This document shows, piece after piece, positions 57,756-64,000 of a DNA stretch of 64,000 nucleotides. Under the pieces are notes generated by a model. That model made no database searches, was not told where the DNA came from, and was given only the letters and a program-made list of their open reading frames with translations. A program made the translations under genes and the position numbers. Positions within the stretch are counted from its first letter, which is position 1; each line of letters opens with the position of its first letter. The stretch comes from an uncultured Gemmatimonadota bacterium (GTDB lineage Bacteria > GCA-2686955). The DNA lies in assembly GCA_964490075.1 (NCBI GenBank), contig CAZBBK010000028.1, positions 1 to 64,000 on the forward strand. Reading direction: 5' to 3'.

Positions 57756-59044
57756 AGATCGTGCCCCGAACAGAGAACGTCATCGTTGGCCTGGACATCG
57801 GAACGACCAAGATCTGTGCTTTGATCGGTGAGCTGATGGCCGATGGCCAGGTCAAGATCATCGGTGTCGGACGATCACCGTCCAAGGGCCTGAAACAGGG
57901 CGTGGTGGTGAATTTCGAGCACACCGTGGCGTCGATCCGCGCGGCGGTCGAGGAGGCGGAGGTAAAGGCCGATATGCGCGTCGACCGGCTCTTCGCGGGA
58001 ATCGCCGGCGACCATATTCGCAGCTCAAACTCCCGGGGCGTGATCGCGGTGTCGAACGAAGACAACGAGATCTTGCGCCCCGATGTCGATCGCGTGGTCG
58101 CGGCAGCGCGTCAGATCGGTCTGCCGAGAGAGCAGCAGATCATCCATGCGATCCCCCAGGAGTTCATCATCGACGATCAGAGCGGGATTCGCGAGCCGGT
58201 GGGCCTCTCCGGAGTGCGCCTGGAAGCGATCGTGCACATCGTCACCGGTTCCGTCACATCGGTCGCCAACATCGTGAAATGTGTGCGCCGCGCCGGCTAT
58301 GAAGTGGCCGACCTGGTGCTGGAGCCGATCGCTTCGTCCTACTCGGTGCTGGCGCCCGACGAGCAGGAGCTGGGAGTGATCCTGCTCGACATCGGCGGAG
58401 GAACCACCGATTTTTCGCTCTTCTACCAGGGCGCGGTGCGCCACTCCGGCGTGGTTGCCGTGGGCGGCGACTACGTCACCCGCGACCTGGCCTACGGCCT
58501 GCGCACCTCGCACGCCAATGCCGAGGCGCTGAAACGCAAGGTCGGCTCCTGCCTGGTCGACGCGATCGATCCGGAGGAGACCGTACTGGTACCCAAGCTC
58601 GGCGTCGGCGGTGGCGAGCAGCTGCGCAACGGTACTTCCGAGCGCGCGGTGGGGCTCGAACGGATGATCCGCCAGCAGCTCCTGGTGGAGATCATCACAC
58701 CGCGCATGGACGAGATCTTGACGATGGTGCGCCGCGAGCTGCTGCGCTCGGAGCACTTCGAGCTGGCGGCCGGCGGCATGGTTCTCACCGGCGGCGCATC
58801 GCAGCTGCACGGCACGCCGGAGCTGGCCGAGCAGATCTTCGGGGTCCCGGTGCGGCGCGGAGTGCCGCGCGGCGTGATCGGATTGACCGACGGCTTGCTC
58901 GATCCGGCCAACGCCACCGGCATCGGGCTCCTGCAATACGGCGTGAGGCACCGCGATCACCACTTGGCCGCCGCAGACGATGACGACGGACTTCTCAAGG
59001 CGCTCTTCCACTGGACGAAGCGCGTCGTGGAGAATTGGTTTTGA
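57752..59044 (+). CDS. ftsA: Cell division protein FtsA
   Basis: GLDIGTTKI, GLKQGVVVN, GIAGDHI, GVRLEA, DIGGGTTD, VLTGG; amphipathic C-terminal helix. Confidence 0.97.
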   Translation: MKIVPRTENVIVGLDIGTTKICALIGELMADGQVKIIGVGRSPSKGLKQGVVVNFEHTVASIRAAVEEAEVKADMRVDRLFAGIAGDHIRSSNSRGVIAVSNEDNEILRPDVDRVVAAARQIGLPREQQIIHAIPQEFIIDDQSGIREPVGLSGVRLEAIVHIVTGSVTSVANIVKCVRRAGYEVADLVLEPIASSYSVLAPDEQELGVILLDIGGGTTDFSLFYQGAVRHSGVVAVGGDYVTRDLAYGLRTSHANAEALKRKVGSCLVDAIDPEETVLVPKLGVGGGEQLRNGTSERAVGLERMIRQQLLVEIITPRMDEILTMVRRELLRSEHFELAAGGMVLTGGASQLHGTPELAEQIFGVPVRRGVPRGVIGLTDGLLDPANATGIGLLQYGVRHRDHHLAAADDDDGLLKALFHWTKRVVENWF

Positions 59045-59110
59045 ACCCATGCATCCCCGCACCGGGAGCAGGCGCTTCGGGGCGGATGCATGCCATGCGA
59101 GGAAAGCACC

Positions 59111-60427
59111 ATGTTTGAGGCAGCGCAGGAACAGATGCTGTTCCACTTCGAGGACGAAGACAAGCCCTTGGGAGCCGTCATCAAGGTCGTCGGAGTCGGC
59201 GGAGCGGGATGCAACGCCGTCGACCGGATGATCGAGGACGGACTCTCGGGAGTGGAGTTCATCGCTGTGAACACCGATGCTCAGGCCCTGATAAACTCGC
59301 GGGCCGACAACCGGATTCAGATCGGCGTCGATCTGACCCGGGGCCTGGGCGCGGGCGGCAATCCCAATCGAGGGTTGCTCTCCGCGGAAGAGAATGAGGA
59401 GTCGTTGCGGACCGCGATGGACGGTGCCGACATGGTGTTCGTGACCTGCGGCGAAGGTGGCGGCACCGGAACCGGCGCGGCGCCGGTGGTGGCCAAGATC
59501 TCGCGCGAGCTCGGTGCCCTGACCGTCGGCGTGGTGACCACACCTTTCCGGATGGAAGGTGGGCGACGCGGCGCTCAGGCGGCCAAGGGCATCGCCTATC
59601 TGCGACAGCACGTAGACACCCTGATCGTGATTCCCAACGAGCGGCTGCTGGCGCTGGTCCCGGAGGATGTGACATTCCTCCAGGCCCTCAAGATGGCCGA
59701 CTCGGTCCTGCACCAGGCGACCAAAGGGATCGCCGACCTGATCACCATCCACGGCGTGATCAACGTCGACTTCGCCGACGTGCGCTCGGTGATGCACGAG
59801 CGCGGCGATGCGCTGATGGGCACCGGGGCGCAGTCGGGCGAAAACCGGGCCCGGCGTGCGGCGGAAGAGGCGATCTCCAGCCCGCTCCTGGAGGATGTAT
59901 CGATCACCGGGGCGCGCGGCGTGCTGGTCAACGTGACCGGATCGGAGACCATGACCCTGGCCGAGACCGCCGAGGCGCTGCGCGTGGTGCACGACGCCGC
60001 GGGCGACGATGCCAACATCATTCTCGGCGCCGTGGTGCAGCCGACCATGGAAGATGCGATCCGAGTGACGGTGATCGCCACCGGGTTCAACGACAGCGCC
60101 GACGTCGGCCGCGACGAGGAGCAGGACCTGATCGCCGAGCGGCTGGCGGCGGCCTCGATTCCCGTTCCGCAGGTCTGCGAGATACCGACCTACACGGCGC
60201 CGCGGCCGGCGGCGTGCGCCGTGAACGGTGCATCGCGCGAGCCGCGCTCCCACGACCTGGCGATCGTGCCCGGAGCCGCGGCGGCAGAGACCCGACAATC
60301 CGAATCGGTAGACACTCCGGCTTTCATTCGTGCCGGCGCGGCCGCCCCCGGCCGCGGGCTGGCTCGCAAAGACGCTTCCTCCGACGACCTCGAGGTTCCC
60401 ACCTTCATCCGCCGCCAAATGGACTGA
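59111..60427 (+). CDS. ftsZ: Cell division protein FtsZ (alternative start at 59135)
   Basis: IKVVGVGGAGCNAV, NTDAQAL, GLGAGGNP, GEGGGTGTG, INVDFADV, VTVIATG; C-terminal DDLEVPTFIRRQMD. Confidence 0.98.
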   Translation: MFEAAQEQMLFHFEDEDKPLGAVIKVVGVGGAGCNAVDRMIEDGLSGVEFIAVNTDAQALINSRADNRIQIGVDLTRGLGAGGNPNRGLLSAEENEESLRTAMDGADMVFVTCGEGGGTGTGAAPVVAKISRELGALTVGVVTTPFRMEGGRRGAQAAKGIAYLRQHVDTLIVIPNERLLALVPEDVTFLQALKMADSVLHQATKGIADLITIHGVINVDFADVRSVMHERGDALMGTGAQSGENRARRAAEEAISSPLLEDVSITGARGVLVNVTGSETMTLAETAEALRVVHDAAGDDANIILGAVVQPTMEDAIRVTVIATGFNDSADVGRDEEQDLIAERLAAASIPVPQVCEIPTYTAPRPAACAVNGASREPRSHDLAIVPGAAAAETRQSESVDTPAFIRAGAAAPGRGLARKDASSDDLEVPTFIRRQMD

Positions 60428-60445
60428 TTCTGCATACTGGGGCCG

Positions 60446-60679
60446 ATGCCCGGAACGCGGACCAGCCGACCCCGACGCCTGCTCTTCGCTCTGCTCGCGA
60501 TGCTCTCGAGCCTCGCGGCACTCGAAGGCGGGGCGCGGCTGGTCGCGCGGCGGATCCCCATCGCCGGTCTCGACGCCGATCCCTTCTTCGGCTTCTTCGG
60601 CTTCCAGACCTTCTTCGAGGCGCTGCCCTCCGCCGCTGACAGCCTGCGCACTCGCCCGGCCATGTCGACGATTCGATGA
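60446..60679 (+). CDS. Membrane-anchor peptide, probably the N-terminal fragment of the downstream SGNH gene (frameshift)
   Basis: RRLLFALLAMLSSLAALEGGARL...DPFFGF...LRTRP resembles the usual N-terminus of membrane-anchored SGNH proteins; ends with an ATGA overlap. Confidence 0.6.
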   Translation: MPGTRTSRPRRLLFALLAMLSSLAALEGGARLVARRIPIAGLDADPFFGFFGFQTFFEALPSAADSLRTRPAMSTIR

Positions 60680-63285
60680 TGCGCGACCTGCGCTTCGCGC
60701 GTCGGGCGCCCAAGGAGCGCATGCGCATCGTCTGCCTGGGCGGCTCGGTGACCCGCGCCGAGTACCCCTTCTACATGGCCGACTATCTCGGCGGTGAGGT
60801 GGGCCACCCGGGAGTCGATCCCCCGCCTCCCTTCGACTCGATCGAGCTCATCAACTCCGGCTTCGGCGGCATGGGATCGACCCGGGTGATGCTCCTGATG
60901 CGCGAGATCCTGGGCTACGACCCCGATCTGATCGTCCTCTCCTCGGGCCACAACGAGTTTCTCGAACGCAACTTCTACCGTCCCCTGCTGGAGCGCAGCC
61001 CCTGGCTTCTGCGCCTGCAGGCTCTCTTCTATCGCAGCACCGCCGCGCGCCTGGCGCGGGTCGCGCTGCGCGCCCTGCGCGACACCTACGGCGGCTTCGA
61101 GCACGAGTCGGTCTCGCCCCTCTATCTCGACATGGAGAACCGCCCCTTCGTGGATCCGCGGCCCACGGCGGACGCTTCTTTCTGCGATCCGGTGCTGCTC
61201 AACTACACACGCAATCTGCTGGCCATGGTCGAAATGGCCCGCGAGCGCGGCGTGGCGCTGGTGCTGGCCACCCTGCCGACCCACCTGGCGGTCAATTCCG
61301 GGTTTCTGCGTCCCTACTGGCCCGATCCCTCGCGGCCTCCGATCGAGACCCCCTGGGCGGGGGACCGCAACGCGATCGGCCACGAGGTCGACGTGGCGGT
61401 GGCTCTGAACCTGCTGGCCGAGGGCCGCGCCGCGCCGGCCCTGTCCCGGATCGACGCGCTGCCCGACGACCTGGCGCGGCATCCGATGGTGCCGGTGTGG
61501 CGGGCGGAATGCCTCGATTCGCTCGGGCGCGGCGACCGGGCCTGGGCCGCGCGCTTCGAAGCGCTGCGCCGGACCACTCCCGCCGGCGATCGCAGCCTCC
61601 AGAACATCGCCATCCGAATCGCCGCACGCCTCGGCGGCGCGCCGGTGATCGATGTGGTGCGCGGAATGCGCCGCGCCGGAGAGGCGATGGGCGATCCACT
61701 GCACGAGTTTCTCTGGGGAGACAGTGTGCACCCGGCCTTCAGCGGCTACGCGACCATGGGGGAGGCGGCCGCTCGCGACATCGAGGCCTGGTGGGCAAGG
61801 GGCGGCACCATGCCGGCCGCCGGCTCCGGCTTCCGCCCCGGCCCGGAGCGAGACCGACGGCTGCGGGCCGCGCTGGCCGCGGCGATCGACCCCTGCGCGG
61901 AATCCGAGAGCTGGTTCGCCGATCCCGATCCGCTGATCCGCGAGGCCGCCGCCTGGGGAGCCGGCTCCCCGCTCTGCGCCTGCGGCGACCGCGTTCTCAG
62001 CCGGCTCGCGGCTGCCGAGGCCGATCCCGGAGTGCGGATCGCCCTGCTCACCAGCGCGGCGGTGCGCGCCCACCCCGCGGCCGCGGCTCTGGTGCTCGAC
62101 GCCCTCGAATCGGATGTCGAAGCCCTACACCTGGCGGCGATCCGGGCCGCAGGACTGGCCCGGCTCGAAGAGCTGGCCCCCGAGCTTCACGCCCGGCTCG
62201 TCGCTCCGGATGCCAGCGCGGCCGAGCAGGCCGAGCTGCTCTGGGCACTGGGGAGGATCGGCAGCGCGCCCGATCCCGCCCCGCTGCGGGACTTCTGCCG
62301 CGCCCATCTCGATCGAGGCTGCGACGCCCAGGTGGCCGCCGCGGCCTGCTTCGCCCTGGGCCGCATCGCATGCGAAGACGCGGCGGTGTTGCTGGAAGCG
62401 ATGCTCGATCATCCCCACCCCTCGGTGGTCACCAACGCCCTCTGGGCACTGGCGGTGCTCGCCGGGGACGGGCTCCGCGTGGTCCCCGGGGTGCTGAGCG
62501 CCGCCGCGCCGCAGAACTGCAACGCTCCCCCGCGTCGGGCGAGGCTCGAAGCGAACTGGCACCCTCAGCTCGCGACCCGCGTCGCAGGGCTGGTCGCCAA
62601 CCCCTGGCCGCCGATCGCCAGCGCCGCGGTGTCGCTCCTGGCACGGCTGCCGCGGCGGGCCGGTCTGGAGGCGCTGCTGCGCCATCCCGAGCTCGCGTCC
62701 CGGGAAGGGGTCGTCGAGCTCTACCTGGCCGAGCTCGCCGATCTGGTCGGTCCGGCCGATGCGGATGCACTGCGGCGCCTTGCGCGCACCGCGCCGGCCC
62801 ACTTCTTGCCCCTGTTGGCGCTGGTCGATCCAGAGGCCGCGCTCGCCCTGGGCGGCACCGAGGCGGTCTGGAACGAGTGGAGCGTCACCGTGTCCAGGGC
62901 CCGCGCCGGCGATCGCGATGCGCTCGAGCGGATCCACCGCGATCTGCGGGAGCAGACGACGCCCGGAGCCGCACCGGTCGGCTCCCATCGGCCCGAGACG
63001 GCCTGGCAGATCGAGGCGTTGGGGATCTGCGGCGCTGAATCACACGCCCAGGTGTTGCGCCGCATCCTGCGCGACTCCCGGGTGACGGTCGACATCCAGG
63101 AGCCGGCGGCGACCGCCCTGGGGCGCATCGGCGACCGCGCCTGGCTCTCCGACTTGCCGGCCGTGCTGCCGGAAGGCGGCTTGCACCTCAGGATCGCGGT
63201 GGCGCGGGCGCTCCTGCGCAGGAACGACGAAACCGAGGTCCGAGACCTCTTCGAGCGCTCGCTCGGGGCCGGTCCGAGTCCATGA
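60676..63285 (+). CDS. SGNH/GDSL hydrolase with helical insert and C-terminal HEAT-like repeats
   Basis: RIVCLGGSVT (block I), INSGFGG (II), SGHNE (III), DSVHP (V); repeated (A/W)ALGRIG and HPHPSVVTNALWAL HEAT-like units. Confidence 0.8.
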   Translation: MMRDLRFARRAPKERMRIVCLGGSVTRAEYPFYMADYLGGEVGHPGVDPPPPFDSIELINSGFGGMGSTRVMLLMREILGYDPDLIVLSSGHNEFLERNFYRPLLERSPWLLRLQALFYRSTAARLARVALRALRDTYGGFEHESVSPLYLDMENRPFVDPRPTADASFCDPVLLNYTRNLLAMVEMARERGVALVLATLPTHLAVNSGFLRPYWPDPSRPPIETPWAGDRNAIGHEVDVAVALNLLAEGRAAPALSRIDALPDDLARHPMVPVWRAECLDSLGRGDRAWAARFEALRRTTPAGDRSLQNIAIRIAARLGGAPVIDVVRGMRRAGEAMGDPLHEFLWGDSVHPAFSGYATMGEAAARDIEAWWARGGTMPAAGSGFRPGPERDRRLRAALAAAIDPCAESESWFADPDPLIREAAAWGAGSPLCACGDRVLSRLAAAEADPGVRIALLTSAAVRAHPAAAALVLDALESDVEALHLAAIRAAGLARLEELAPELHARLVAPDASAAEQAELLWALGRIGSAPDPAPLRDFCRAHLDRGCDAQVAAAACFALGRIACEDAAVLLEAMLDHPHPSVVTNALWALAVLAGDGLRVVPGVLSAAAPQNCNAPPRRARLEANWHPQLATRVAGLVANPWPPIASAAVSLLARLPRRAGLEALLRHPELASREGVVELYLAELADLVGPADADALRRLARTAPAHFLPLLALVDPEAALALGGTEAVWNEWSVTVSRARAGDRDALERIHRDLREQTTPGAAPVGSHRPETAWQIEALGICGAESHAQVLRRILRDSRVTVDIQEPAATALGRIGDRAWLSDLPAVLPEGGLHLRIAVARALLRRNDETEVRDLFERSLGAGPSP

Positions 63286-64000
63286 GGTTGCATCCCGGGG
63301 CCTCCCGAATCCTCGCGCACGCCACGTTCTTTCTGCTCTCGGCGCTCCTGGTGCTGGCGGCACCCGATCTGGTCGGCTGGGGCGACGCGCTCGCGCCCCG
63401 GACCCGGGCCGGCGACGTGGTCGACCCGGAGATCGAGGTGCGTGGCGAGGTCGGCTGGCGCAAGGGCCTCTTCGAGCTGAACGCCTCCAACAGCCTGGTG
63501 CACCAGGGCGGAATCGAGGCGCCGGGAGGCCTGCGCCTGCGCTTGGAGCGGGGCCGCGGGGCCGGTCAGCTGCGCGTCGAGTTCGCCGCCGGGGCGGCAA
63601 CCCGCTACGCCTGTGTCCTGCACGCCGATCCCGAACAAGGCGGCGTGTTCGCCGGCGACGAGCGTCTGCTGGGACCCTTTCGCTTCGACTCGATGCGCGA
63701 TCCGGGTGGCACCGGCAAGCGCGCGCTCCGGTTTCGCCAGCTGGTCGTGGAGGTCTCCGAGGACGGGGTCGTGCGAGCCTCGGTCGACGGCCGGCCGGCC
63801 GGATCGGCGCCGGCGCCGCTGCCGATCGAGCGCGGGATCCTCGAGATCGAGGCGCCCCGCGACCCCCACTACAGCGGGTTCCACTTCGCCTCCGCGACCC
63901 TCGGCGACGGGCGGCAGGAGCTGCGCGTGGCGGCCGGATTCGCCCCGCTGATCGACCTGCGTTTCGGTCCCTGCGGAAGCTGGCAGCGGCCGACCCAGTG
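63282..64000 (+). CDS. Partial hypothetical exported/membrane protein (runs off the window)
   Basis: ATG at 63282 overlaps the upstream TGA; MRLHPGASRILAHATFFLLSALLVLAAP...; frame open to base 64000. Absent from the ORF track, probably because it has no stop. Confidence 0.7.
   Translation, partial: MRLHPGASRILAHATFFLLSALLVLAAPDLVGWGDALAPRTRAGDVVDPEIEVRGEVGWRKGLFELNASNSLVHQGGIEAPGGLRLRLERGRGAGQLRVEFAAGAATRYACVLHADPEQGGVFAGDERLLGPFRFDSMRDPGGTGKRALRFRQLVVEVSEDGVVRASVDGRPAGSAPAPLPIERGILEIEAPRDPHYSGFHFASATLGDGRQELRVAAGFAPLIDLRFGPCGSWQRPTQ

Overview
A 64 kb stretch of a high-GC (visually about 70%) bacterial chromosome. I found no rRNA, tRNA, CRISPR array or mobile element. From left to right: (1) two hypothetical genes, one resembling a degenerate PhcB-type methyltransferase, an APH-family kinase, a three-gene NAD(P) transhydrogenase (pntAA-pntAB-pntB) and an AsmA-like protein; (2) a minus-strand set of secreted carbohydrate proteins (GH36 alpha-galactosidase, PPC-CBM48-GH13, a lipoprotein); (3) an M20 peptidase, a Thr-type sulfatase-like protein, an ABC exporter and a sulfotransferase-like gene, facing a secreted penicillin-acylase-family Ntn hydrolase; (4) an ~18 kb surface-glycan locus (GT2, GT4, AlkP-family protein, methyltransferase, GT9, GT2, MurJ-like flippase, YfhO-like GT-C, DPM-like GT2, WecA-like, PglF/CapD-like, GNAT, GT4) interrupted by an inverted beta-helix gene; (5) a BNR/Asp-box protein divergent from a dcw cluster (mraZ-rsmH-ftsL-ftsI-murE-[receiver-domain protein + small Cys-rich protein]-murF-mraY-murD-ftsW-murG-murC::murB-ftsQ-ftsA-ftsZ); (6) an apparently frameshifted SGNH-hydrolase/HEAT-repeat gene and a partial ORF at the window edge. 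The most notable observation is a two-gene insert between murE and murF, joined by ATGA overlaps: a stand-alone response regulator and a 69-aa protein with four Cys and one His. The same cluster has an in-frame MurC-MurB fusion, an FtsI with a shortened non-catalytic module and no ddl. The gene content suggests a diderm, possibly uncultured FCB-associated lineage (inference only). All calls come from motif recognition by eye; no database searches were run.
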